A DNA stretch of 64,000 bases from a virus. The notes under the pieces are model-generated. The model ran no database searches and was not told the origin of the DNA. It worked only from the letters and a program-made list of their open reading frames with translations. The stretch covers positions 1 to 64,000 of the IMG/VR virus record IMGVR_UViG_3300020442_002635; one strand, given 5' to 3'. Shown here piece after piece: positions 54,912-64,000 of the stretch. The translations under genes and the position numbers were made by a program. The stretch's first letter is position 1; every line of letters starts with the position of its first letter.

Positions 54912-56270
54912 TTAGAAACTAGCGGTTCCAACACCGGAACGAAGAGATATTGTAAGACCTGTACCAACGATACTCAATACCACAGCACCTGTATCTCTAG
55001 TTGCAATTGTAAGAGATTTATTTGCTGGTTGGTTTGGTGCAGCATCGACCCATACTGATGTCGATCCTACTCCTACTGTTGGTTCATCATAATAGATGAA
55101 TGTTCTTCCTAGATCTACACTGAACCAAAGGTCTCCATTGTTAGGAGAAGTGGGAGAATCAGTACTGATGCTAACTCTTGCACCACCACCTGAGCCAGAT
55201 CCACCATTACTTGGTGAGGCATCGACCCATTGTGCATCTGTTCCATATCCAACGGTGTTTTCATCATAATAGATGAACGTTCTTGCATAATCAGGACTAT
55301 ACCAAAGATCACCAGAACTTGGTGAAGAGGGTGCTGCTGTGCTAATGCTGATAGAACCACTTCCACCACCACCAGTTATATGAAGAGTTCCAATTCCAGA
55401 GGAAATAGTGACAGTTGAAATTCCTGCTCCTCTAAAGTCAAGAATTGTTGCTCCTGCACCAATAAATCCACCTGCAGTTTGAAGTCCTACACCTGCTGCT
55501 GGCAATCCCTCAAGTGCAGATCCATCTCCAACAAATGCTGCTGCTGTTACAACTCCTGCAACATAGACATCATTACCAAATGTAGAGAATCCTGCAAGTG
55601 TAGAAAGACCAGTTACATTTAAACTGGTAAGATTATCTGCAGATAAATTAGTTACTTCAAGTGTGGTAATCGTTCCACTTGTACCAGTAATATTGGTGAT
55701 TGTACCACTTGTAGATTCAAGTGTGGTAATAGTTCCACTTGTACCAGTAATATTAGTGATTGTACCACTAGTACCAGTAATATTATCAGATGTTAGATTA
55801 TTAATAGTACCATCAGTCGATTGCAATGTGGCAATCGTACCAATACCACTAACGTCTAAATCTAAGGCTACAATATCGTCAAAGAAAAGATCATCTGCGT
55901 TAATGTCGCCGCTAATCCTTACGTCACCATAAACATAAAGTGCTGTTTGTCCTGTGCTTACAGGAGAACGAACTTCCAGTAAATATCCTGGCAAATTCGT
56001 TCCAACACCAACAGAACCACCTACACCTAGAGCGGTGAAAGTGGTTCCACTTAATCCAACTTTTAAATCTTTTGTTACTTCTACATCATCAGCAAAAGTA
56101 GAGATTCCAGAAGAATAGACGTATGTTACGCCAATTCCACCAGAAACATCAAGAGTTCTTGAAGGTATTGTAGATCCAATACCAACATTTTTTGTAGAGG
56201 CATCTGCTAGGATGAGGTTTTCATTAACCTCAAACCCATTCTTTACTATAAAATTTTTATTTACCCCCAT
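54912..56270 (-). CDS. tail-fibre-associated protein
   Basis: KNFIVKNG.EV N-terminus; VGIG...P...LDV motifs; two GDLW...R.FIYYD...WVDA repeats. Confidence 0.8.
   Translation of the reverse strand: MGVNKNFIVKNGFEVNENLILADASTKNVGIGSTIPSRTLDVSGGIGVTYVYSSGISTFADDVEVTKDLKVGLSGTTFTALGVGGSVGVGTNLPGYLLEVRSPVSTGQTALYVYGDVRISGDINADDLFFDDIVALDLDVSGIGTIATLQSTDGTINNLTSDNITGTSGTITNITGTSGTITTLESTSGTITNITGTSGTITTLEVTNLSADNLTSLNVTGLSTLAGFSTFGNDVYVAGVVTAAAFVGDGSALEGLPAAGVGLQTAGGFIGAGATILDFRGAGISTVTISSGIGTLHITGGGGSGSISISTAAPSSPSSGDLWYSPDYARTFIYYDENTVGYGTDAQWVDASPSNGGSGSGGGARVSISTDSPTSPNNGDLWFSVDLGRTFIYYDEPTVGVGSTSVWVDAAPNQPANKSLTIATRDTGAVVLSIVGTGLTISLRSGVGTASF
55657..55784. repeat. in-frame tandem repeat (30/60-nt period) encoding TSGTITNITG / TSGTITTLES
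   Basis: Near-identical 60-nt units at 55661 and 55721. Confidence 0.85.
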
Positions 56271-56309
56271 GGGTTCACTATCCCCCGTGTGTTTCTTCTA
56301 TTTATCTAT

Positions 56310-58979
56310 TTATAGAATCCCTTCGACACTAAAATTCCTAACATAAGTATTAAATCCACTACCTCTATTAAACCAAATTCTCCATTGAGAGGAATTAATT
56401 TTTTGAATCGCCCCAACACTCATATTAGAATCAAATTGACCACCACCAGCTGTCCATCCAGCAAAATTAGTAATATTCAATGAACTATAATTATTATTCA
56501 CTCTAATTAAATAATGCTTTGCATTTAAATTTCCTGCTGCACCAGACCATCCATTAGGAGCTCCTGGACTTTGTGGATCAACATCTAGAAGAGCATCACC
56601 AAAAGTTATTGATGTAGTTCTTCCTCCACCAAAGAAATGAGTGGCAGATCCAGTTCTAATTGGATTGAATGTCTTAAATACAAGTCTTGCTGTATCTAAT
56701 TCGCTACCACCAACAACAGATGTTAAAACAGTTACATCATCTGAATGATATCCCGATCCACCTCCTCCAGCACCTTGAGGTCCGATACCACCTTGCCCAC
56801 CAGTTGCTCCAAATCCACCATCTGCAGTACTAGTTAATGTAAGTCCACTAAATGAAAGATCAAATCTTCTAGCATATGTTGCTTGTTGTCCTGGCCCTTG
56901 ACTATTCGTCATGCTATAAGCAATCCTAAATCTTCTAGAATCTATGCTTTCTGGATAACCCGCTGCAGCTGTGATTGAATTATCTGCTGCAGCATTTCCA
57001 CTTCCCCTAATCCTTGAATTCACCGACGTTTGTCTCAATTGTACATTATTGGCCTCGACCTCAACAACATATCCAATAAGACCTACTGCATTTCCTTCAG
57101 CACTAGTCGCTCCATCATTATATCTTTGAACACTAATCGGTATTCCAGTATCATTAACAATATCTATTGTTCCTTTAGTATCCGTAACCTCAATTGTTCC
57201 AGATACTTGTGTGGGACTTCCGCTAGATCTTGATCCAGCACCTGCATTAGCACGATATCCACCTGTTCCTGTTTTATATCCTCTGTCAACATGAGTATTA
57301 CTATTATTCACTATTGTTCCATCAGCATGACGGAACTGAACTTGTCCCATATTTTCAGATGGAGAAAATCCTTGTTGAGCCCAATAACTGCCAATAGGAT
57401 ATTCATTTACTCTTCCCCCATCTGGAGCAGAAGCTCTTGGTTCAATGTCCTGAGGTTGATTGGTACTTGATCCTGAAATACCATTTTGACCTAATTGCCC
57501 TGGAGGAATATATTGTCCACCCAGACCTCTAGCACTTGAAATTGCATTAAATCCAGATGCATCAGATCCAGCATCAGACACACCACCACCATGTCCCCCA
57601 TTACCAAGGTTTCCATCAAAAGTTCCAGCAGAACCGTTGCCACCAGATCCAACTACTGCAATAAGTTTGTTTTGTTTATATAGAAAGAACTGACCAATAG
57701 ATTTTCCTGAAATTGCATATTCTACAAATTGTTCTGCAGTAAATCTAATTACAGAATACCCTCCTTTTCCTGGAGTCCCTCCATTAGGTTGTCCACGAGG
57801 ACCAAACATCTCAAGTTCTACATTTAAATCCTTGTCTGGAGAATAGAATACAATATTTTGAAAGTCTATATTTCTATCAATTGTATAAAATGGTCCTGAA
57901 CCTGATGTATCTTCCAAATCAACAGTTTCAAGTGTGGCCTGAGTTCCATTGTTTCTTGGATAATATTCAAAGTTTAAGAAATTTTTATCTGCAGAATCAA
58001 CAACCTCAAGTTCTACAGCATTAGTTGTAATAGGAGAATTATGTGCTCTTGGGTGGGTTATCTGACATCGCAAATCATATGTATTAATTTGTCCAGAAGT
58101 AATAGTTAAATTTCTTGTCTTTGCCCCACTAACAGTAACAGTTTGACCACTTAAACCTATACTAGGATCTTGCTGTAGTCCTTCTGATGGAAAATAATAA
58201 TTAGTTGCGTATGTAGATGCCGTTGTGAGTGCAGTGCATTCGAGATTGATTAGAGAAGAAGAAGATTGATTTTGAAGAAAAACATGTAAATATTTTCCTA
58301 TTGCATTTCTATTTCTAAAAGTTCCTAAGAAACTACCATTTTTATAAAAATTAACTGCACCAGAGTCAGTATTAACAACAACTCCTATAATATCACCTAC
58401 AAAATATTCAAAAGAAGCCAATGACTGTCCTGCACCAGGAAAACTTTTAGTGTCTGTACGTTCACCAAAACCATAAGGTTGAGCAAACCAAGGAGCCATT
58501 CTCACTCCTATATCACCATTCCATTTTTGATATGCTCCATTGGTAGTAATATTACTAGTTCCACCGTCCCAATGTTCTGGATCCAAAACACCAAACCATC
58601 CAACACCCCCTGCTAGAGATTGGGAACCACTTACTTCAAATTCTGCAAAGTAGTTTTCAATCTGATCAGGAACACTAAATCTAACAGAATTTCCAAGTCC
58701 GCCACCCAATACAGAGGTTCCTGAAGCAATTGCAGTTTTTGTTCCTACTGTACCTGCACCACAATTATTATTACATGACCTATATCCAGCTCCCAGTGAA
58801 TCAACAACAGGTGAAAAGAAAAAACTACCAATATCAGATTTAGTAGGTATTGAAGCTCCATCTACTAAGTCAACACCAGAAACCTGCCATTGATATCCAA
58901 TTTGTTTATCTGATCCATCTGAAATCGCTGCTTCTGTTGTAAATATCGCAGCATTGCCTTGGGTTACGATTCTTGCCAT
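56310..58979 (-). CDS. virion structural protein: Ig-like domain, SPRY-like insert and glycine-rich domains
   Basis: YQWQ Ig motif; GDIIGV.VN.D.G.V.FYKNG..LG SPRY signature; GGGGSGY glycine-rich region. Confidence 0.75.
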   Translation of the reverse strand: MARIVTQGNAAIFTTEAAISDGSDKQIGYQWQVSGVDLVDGASIPTKSDIGSFFFSPVVDSLGAGYRSCNNNCGAGTVGTKTAIASGTSVLGGGLGNSVRFSVPDQIENYFAEFEVSGSQSLAGGVGWFGVLDPEHWDGGTSNITTNGAYQKWNGDIGVRMAPWFAQPYGFGERTDTKSFPGAGQSLASFEYFVGDIIGVVVNTDSGAVNFYKNGSFLGTFRNRNAIGKYLHVFLQNQSSSSLINLECTALTTASTYATNYYFPSEGLQQDPSIGLSGQTVTVSGAKTRNLTITSGQINTYDLRCQITHPRAHNSPITTNAVELEVVDSADKNFLNFEYYPRNNGTQATLETVDLEDTSGSGPFYTIDRNIDFQNIVFYSPDKDLNVELEMFGPRGQPNGGTPGKGGYSVIRFTAEQFVEYAISGKSIGQFFLYKQNKLIAVVGSGGNGSAGTFDGNLGNGGHGGGVSDAGSDASGFNAISSARGLGGQYIPPGQLGQNGISGSSTNQPQDIEPRASAPDGGRVNEYPIGSYWAQQGFSPSENMGQVQFRHADGTIVNNSNTHVDRGYKTGTGGYRANAGAGSRSSGSPTQVSGTIEVTDTKGTIDIVNDTGIPISVQRYNDGATSAEGNAVGLIGYVVEVEANNVQLRQTSVNSRIRGSGNAAADNSITAAAGYPESIDSRRFRIAYSMTNSQGPGQQATYARRFDLSFSGLTLTSTADGGFGATGGQGGIGPQGAGGGGSGYHSDDVTVLTSVVGGSELDTARLVFKTFNPIRTGSATHFFGGGRTTSITFGDALLDVDPQSPGAPNGWSGAAGNLNAKHYLIRVNNNYSSLNITNFAGWTAGGGQFDSNMSVGAIQKINSSQWRIWFNRGSGFNTYVRNFSVEGIL

Positions 58980-60313
58980 TATTCCTGAGGTTGCAGAGTG
59001 ACTGAGAGTGTTGGACGAACTGTTAGAATTGCAGAGTTTGATTGAAGGCCATCATTCACAGCATTAGGTGTTGATCTTGCTGTTCCTGCAGTTACAGATA
59101 CTCCAATTGGTTGAACATATGCAGAAGGAACATAATCAACAGTCAAATAAAATCCAGTTTGATCAATCTGATCTGAAGTTGCATCTTCAAGAGTTAATAT
59201 TGTGGTTCCTGCTCCAGTAACTTGAGTATTATCAATCCACTGACCATCAGTTATTAATCCATGATCAGAGTTATACCATTGATATGATAAAGATCCTGTA
59301 TTTGATGCTGGATTTCCTTGAGCTCCTACAAAATCACGAATATCATTTTGTACAGCATAATTAATTGCAAAAGCATCATGTCCCCCACTACCATAATAAT
59401 TAAAAGTCATTGAGGCACAATTGCTACAAGTGCTTAATCCAGGTTCAAGCGTATTTTGCATTAAATTCACTTGATATGATTCATCATCAAGTGCTTGAGT
59501 AAACAATGCGGGAGATTTAGTTCCTGTTATAAAACTCTTAAGAGATCTGGACAGGTATGCATCAGGATCTGCTGTTGTTGAACCAATACCAACATTGATC
59601 TTATTACAAGTAATATTCTCAGTATTCTGATCTCCAGAACATCTGTCCAACAAATCAATGGGCCCTGGAGCATTTGCAATGACACCATCAACAGTATGCA
59701 TAGTATTCAATCTATGAACCAGGTATGCACCTTGGGAATGGCCAAAAGTGTATACCTTGTCGATGGTCTTAGGTATATTATTCGCTGTTAGATAAGAAGG
59801 TAAAGTATTTTTCACCCACAGAAGTGCTGCTTCTGCATATACGATATTGTCACCAATATAGAATGTAGAAAGATCTAATCCAGGAAATTGTTGTGTTGCT
59901 AATGCTGAATTCGCTACATAAGCAGGAATAGCATCTTGAGGATATGCTACAGAAAAGATAATTTTATCCTTAAGATCAACTTTATTCAGAGCAATCTGCA
60001 TAAAAGTTGATGCAGCATCAGCAGGTGTTACTCCTTGAGATGTAATAGTTCCATGATAAAGAACAACTACATCTAGAGCAGAACCTACATTTGCTGATGT
60101 TGGATAATAGAGATATCCTCTAACTGGATAACCATTATATGTTGCTGTAATAAGAGAAGTTGTTGTTCCTGTAGTTGCTGATGGAAATACTGCAGTAGCA
60201 AAACCAGTAAACTGAGCTGAGTTAATACCAGTTGCAGTTACTGATTGAGGATGTACTTGGAATTCTAAAACTGGACCATTAAGGTCCAGTGTTGTATTTT
60301 TATTAATACTCAT
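58979..60313 (-). CDS. Ig-like virion protein carrying an alpha/beta-hydrolase (esterase/lipase) domain
   Basis: VVLYHG, GHSQG nucleophile elbow, QALDD, GGHD; flanked by halves of an Ig-like domain. Confidence 0.8.
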   Translation of the reverse strand: MSINKNTTLDLNGPVLEFQVHPQSVTATGINSAQFTGFATAVFPSATTGTTTSLITATYNGYPVRGYLYYPTSANVGSALDVVVLYHGTITSQGVTPADAASTFMQIALNKVDLKDKIIFSVAYPQDAIPAYVANSALATQQFPGLDLSTFYIGDNIVYAEAALLWVKNTLPSYLTANNIPKTIDKVYTFGHSQGAYLVHRLNTMHTVDGVIANAPGPIDLLDRCSGDQNTENITCNKINVGIGSTTADPDAYLSRSLKSFITGTKSPALFTQALDDESYQVNLMQNTLEPGLSTCSNCASMTFNYYGSGGHDAFAINYAVQNDIRDFVGAQGNPASNTGSLSYQWYNSDHGLITDGQWIDNTQVTGAGTTILTLEDATSDQIDQTGFYLTVDYVPSAYVQPIGVSVTAGTARSTPNAVNDGLQSNSAILTVRPTLSVTLQPQE

Positions 60314-60322
60314 TTAGTTACC

Positions 60323-63300
60323 TCAAGCAAAGTTTTGTCCAACAACGAACGCATACCACGTAGTTCCACCATCAAAAGTCTTATAGGTGTATATATCAAC
60401 ACCATTTGTAGATGGAGTTAGTGCTGGAACTAATCCACCACCAGGCCAGTTGACTGTGAGAGCACTGCCCCCATCATCTCTAACATCATCAAAGTCAACA
60501 GTATGGAATGGAGAACCTGATGCACCTTGAGTGACCTTCAGAGTGAAGGAACTACAATCAGAAGGAATGTTTTGTGCAGTAAACTGCGTTACATCTTCAC
60601 TTGTAGTTAAGTTAAACACCTGAGATGATGCAAGATCAAGAGTAACAACTCCAGAAGAACTTGTTACATTTACTTGATTAGAACTCGTTGTCTTTAATCT
60701 AGATAGACCTTCAACATCAAATTTCGCTCTAGGAGTTACAGTTCCAACACCAATATTGGCACTACTAGTAGTTATAACTGTTCCTGCTGTACCAACTACA
60801 AGATCACTTGTTGTAACAATACCAGCAATGATTTGACCTGATGTATTCTGAATCGCGTAATTACCAATAACAGTACTGAATCCAGTGACTGTTGCGTCAT
60901 TAGCAGTAATGATACCAACAAATCTTGCTTCAGAATAAACGTGCATTGTAGTTCCAGAAGAACCAACTGCACCAACTGTTAGATCAACATCATCGTTTGG
61001 TCTTGTAGTTCCAATACCAACTCTTAAAACATCTACTGGATATAACCCTGTTCCAAGGCCAGCAGCAACACCATCCCATCTACTGTCATTTGCAAGATTC
61101 GTTAATCCAGAACCATCTCCAGTAAATGCTGCTGCAACAACAGATCCAGAAATATCTGCATTGCCGATAATACGAAGTTTCTCACCATTTGCAGTGGTTC
61201 CAATACCAACTCCATCACCATCAACAGCAAATAGAGTAGATCCACTGCCAACTTGTAATGTTGGTTCGCCAATGGTAGTTGTACCAATGCCAACCTTGTC
61301 GAAGATAGCAATGTTTTCGTTTGTAGAAAGACTTACGCTACCAAAACGACGCCAGTTGTTAGTTACACTGTAAATCCAACCAACATATCCACCATCATCT
61401 GGGTTTGCATTGTATACAACGTCACCAGGGTTACCAGCAAGAGCAGGAGTTGCAATTCCTACTGTATACTTTCTTGAAACTGTAGTATCGCCCTGGAGGA
61501 ATAGGGAGTTAGCCTCAATTCCTCTTGATGATGTAGAAGTTAACTTATTACTAAAGATAACTGGTCCACTGAACTCAGAAGTTGCATTGCCATCATCACC
61601 ACCCTCAACCTTAATTGAGCGATTGAATAGTGCTTCAATTGGGTTGATAACATCAATACCTTGCTTGTTACTAATATCTTCACCAGTAACGGTCTGAATT
61701 GGAGTATCGAAGATTTCTTCCTGACCAGTAATGGTACTCATCTTCTTATTTCCATTATAGGAAATACCCTTATCATTCATTCCAGTATAGAAGTTAATAC
61801 CACCATCTCTCTTAGTAGATTGTGCTAATAACTCTTCTGGATCTGAAATTTGACGGTCTTGTCTGTCAGGTAAAGCAGTTGAGTAGTTACCAGGACCAAA
61901 ACCAACATATTCAAATGTATGTCCAGATGCACGAGCAATAGAGTGTCTTCTAAGTTCAACTGGATTTACATCAATCTTTCTGATAATAGAGTTTGTAGAG
62001 TGCGTTCCAATGCCAGACCCAAGAACACCACGGAAGACATCAACAGAAACATCTGTTGAGGCAACTGTTCCTTTAATTCTAAAGATCTCTTCGTCAATAG
62101 TGAAGTAATCGCCAATATTAAAGTCAAGCGATTGAAGTCCAGTGATTGCAACAGTATCACCGGTAATATCAGTAATTGGGCTTCCTAATGTAGTGGTGAT
62201 ACCAGCATACATTGAAGTCATTCTACCATTTAAGTTTTCATCAGTACCAGTTACATTTCCATTGTTAGAACCACCAGTTCGATAACCAAATATTGTTCCA
62301 GTCGCTGTAGGTGCATATGTGCCTACACCCAGATTAACTGCAAAGAATGTTCCACTAGTGCCAACAATATTGCTTACTACAAAGTTTCCATTGTAAATTT
62401 CTTCATTTGCTCCTGTGAGACGAATTACATTATCAACTGACAATCCATGGAAGTTATCTGTGCCAACAGTGGCAATTCCACTAAATCTATCATAGTCGAT
62501 AGAATTAACACGAATTGCTTCACCAGTTGAATATAAAAATGCATTCGATACTTCAGAGTTAACTAATCCAGAGGCTCCACCAGAACTTACACTATTTGCA
62601 GAAACTGCATTGAATGAGTTCGCAACTCCAACGGGAACTTCAGTAATTCTGTAGAGATCATTGAATGGTTGATAGGTTTCAGAAGTAATTCCTCCAACTC
62701 TTACAACATCACCAACATTATCATAAATGCTAGTAACTTGAACAACTGCATCTGTAGGAGATCCAAAGGTTGGAAGTCCTTTGACTGCTAACGTATTACC
62801 AATTCCATATCCACTTCCACCATTCATTACAACTACGTCTTGAACTTCGCCACTTGCATTGACACTTACTTTTGCAGTTGCTCCTTCGCCAGTTGTTGAT
62901 GCACCAATAGAAACTAACTCTGCGTTGTAGAGATCTGCAGATGATCCACTACCATATCCAAGTCCAGCAGAAACAACACTTAAACGAGTAACTCTGTTTA
63001 ATCCATGATTAATGTCAGTGAAGATAATATGATCAGTAGAAGAAGATGATGTAATATCAGTTACTCCAACAGCAACTCTTCCATCATCACGATATTTCTT
63101 ATCAATAGTCTCCCTAGTGAGACTCTTACGAACATCATCAAGTTTAGTTTCTCCAATTAAAGCAGAAGATGCATGAGTTATTGAAGGTGCAGGATCAGAG
63201 TCAGGATTGTCTCTGTTTGTCTGAGGATATAATTCTTTAACTGGTTGAGAGAACTTTTCTCCTGTAAATGGAGCTACATTTGGAGCATTTGAAGCATTTA

Positions 63301-64000
63301 CTGTAGTTAAGTAATAAACACCATCTTGTTCTCCTGCAATATATGGTTGAATCTCTGCTTCTCTATAAACGTAATAAGTATTCTCATATCTCTTTCTCTG
63401 GAAATTTGGTAGAGATGTAGTTCTGGTGTGAACATTATTAGTAAAGTCACCAGGATCTGTTGCAATACCAACGGTAAAGGTTCTAGTGCTTGTAATACCA
63501 GAGACAATAAACGATCCATTAAATCCAGAGTTATCTTCACCAGTTGTATTATTTGTACTAGTGATCTGATTAAGTTGAACTTCAGATCCAGTAGATAGAT
63601 TATGTGGCAATTCCGTAGTTACATTTGCCGTTCCACCTGTCCAATTTGCACTAGAAACAAATCTAAAGTTTCTTTGTTGATTTTCATTCGATAGTGATCC
63701 AGATCCAAAGTATGACTGTACTTCAGCATCAGTATTTGCAATAGTATGATTAGATTCCTGGAGAATAAATCCTTCTGTTGGTGGTCTTGCTACCTCTCCT
63801 CCATTGTTCTTAGGAATGACGTATCTATATCTGTAAATCGTATCTACTGCATTTCTATTATCCAGTCTACGATTAAAGAATGTTCTTGCAGTTGCATCTC
63901 CTAAAGATCCTGTTCCTAGTGCATTTACTGCAGAATAAATTGTATTTTCTGTAGATGCAGTAGCAACCTGTACATACCATTGATTTTCAATAGAGTCAAA
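60323..64000 (-). CDS. very large tail fibre/virion structural protein, 5'-truncated by window edge
   Basis: Frame stays open from 64000 (FDSIENQWYVQ...) through the ORF-track segment 63610..60323; RASGHTFEYVG, VGIGTT repeats, C-terminal WPGG..P...TFDGG.TWY domain. Confidence 0.85.
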   Translation of the reverse strand, partial: FDSIENQWYVQVATASTENTIYSAVNALGTGSLGDATARTFFNRRLDNRNAVDTIYRYRYVIPKNNGGEVARPPTEGFILQESNHTIANTDAEVQSYFGSGSLSNENQQRNFRFVSSANWTGGTANVTTELPHNLSTGSEVQLNQITSTNNTTGEDNSGFNGSFIVSGITSTRTFTVGIATDPGDFTNNVHTRTTSLPNFQRKRYENTYYVYREAEIQPYIAGEQDGVYYLTTVNASNAPNVAPFTGEKFSQPVKELYPQTNRDNPDSDPAPSITHASSALIGETKLDDVRKSLTRETIDKKYRDDGRVAVGVTDITSSSSTDHIIFTDINHGLNRVTRLSVVSAGLGYGSGSSADLYNAELVSIGASTTGEGATAKVSVNASGEVQDVVVMNGGSGYGIGNTLAVKGLPTFGSPTDAVVQVTSIYDNVGDVVRVGGITSETYQPFNDLYRITEVPVGVANSFNAVSANSVSSGGASGLVNSEVSNAFLYSTGEAIRVNSIDYDRFSGIATVGTDNFHGLSVDNVIRLTGANEEIYNGNFVVSNIVGTSGTFFAVNLGVGTYAPTATGTIFGYRTGGSNNGNVTGTDENLNGRMTSMYAGITTTLGSPITDITGDTVAITGLQSLDFNIGDYFTIDEEIFRIKGTVASTDVSVDVFRGVLGSGIGTHSTNSIIRKIDVNPVELRRHSIARASGHTFEYVGFGPGNYSTALPDRQDRQISDPEELLAQSTKRDGGINFYTGMNDKGISYNGNKKMSTITGQEEIFDTPIQTVTGEDISNKQGIDVINPIEALFNRSIKVEGGDDGNATSEFSGPVIFSNKLTSTSSRGIEANSLFLQGDTTVSRKYTVGIATPALAGNPGDVVYNANPDDGGYVGWIYSVTNNWRRFGSVSLSTNENIAIFDKVGIGTTTIGEPTLQVGSGSTLFAVDGDGVGIGTTANGEKLRIIGNADISGSVVAAAFTGDGSGLTNLANDSRWDGVAAGLGTGLYPVDVLRVGIGTTRPNDDVDLTVGAVGSSGTTMHVYSEARFVGIITANDATVTGFSTVIGNYAIQNTSGQIIAGIVTTSDLVVGTAGTVITTSSANIGVGTVTPRAKFDVEGLSRLKTTSSNQVNVTSSSGVVTLDLASSQVFNLTTSEDVTQFTAQNIPSDCSSFTLKVTQGASGSPFHTVDFDDVRDDGGSALTVNWPGGGLVPALTPSTNGVDIYTYKTFDGGTTWYAFVVGQNFA

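Noticed and set aside
63608-63610. TTG start of the 1095-aa ORF
   Set aside because: The frame remains open to the window end, so the gene starts upstream of 64000.
1-64000. tRNA, rRNA, intron or transposase
   Set aside because: None recognised by eye; intergenic gaps are very short. A tRNAscan/Infernal run would be needed to exclude small RNAs.

Overview
This window is a segment of a T4-like (myovirus) marine cyanophage genome, with nearly all genes on the minus strand. The identification rests on a plant-type ferredoxin (petF), T4-type late promoters (ATAAATA/TATAAATA), many 2OG-Fe(II) oxygenases, a carbamoyltransferase and glycine-rich fibre genes. Bases 1-12.6 kb form an early accessory region of small ORFs. 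It includes an SF2 helicase, a Mom-like acetyltransferase, a SET-domain protein, a ligase-fold protein and a putative internal head protein. Ten copies of a 29-bp direct repeat sit mostly at stop/start junctions here, in a cassette-like arrangement. Bases 14-64 kb form a late structural region of tail-fibre and virion proteins. It contains nine RCC1-like beta-propeller paralogues (three N-terminal classes of three genes each, about 70 blades with homogenised DNA). These are interleaved with two late-promoter-driven blocks encoding 8 2OG-Fe(II) oxygenases, about 8 glycosyltransferase-like proteins and a sulfotransferase. The two best candidates for an undescribed system are (i) a late-expressed hydroxylation/glycosylation/sulfation system for virion propeller proteins and (ii) the 29-bp-repeat-delimited early gene cassette array. 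All family calls come from motif recognition by eye; no searches were run.
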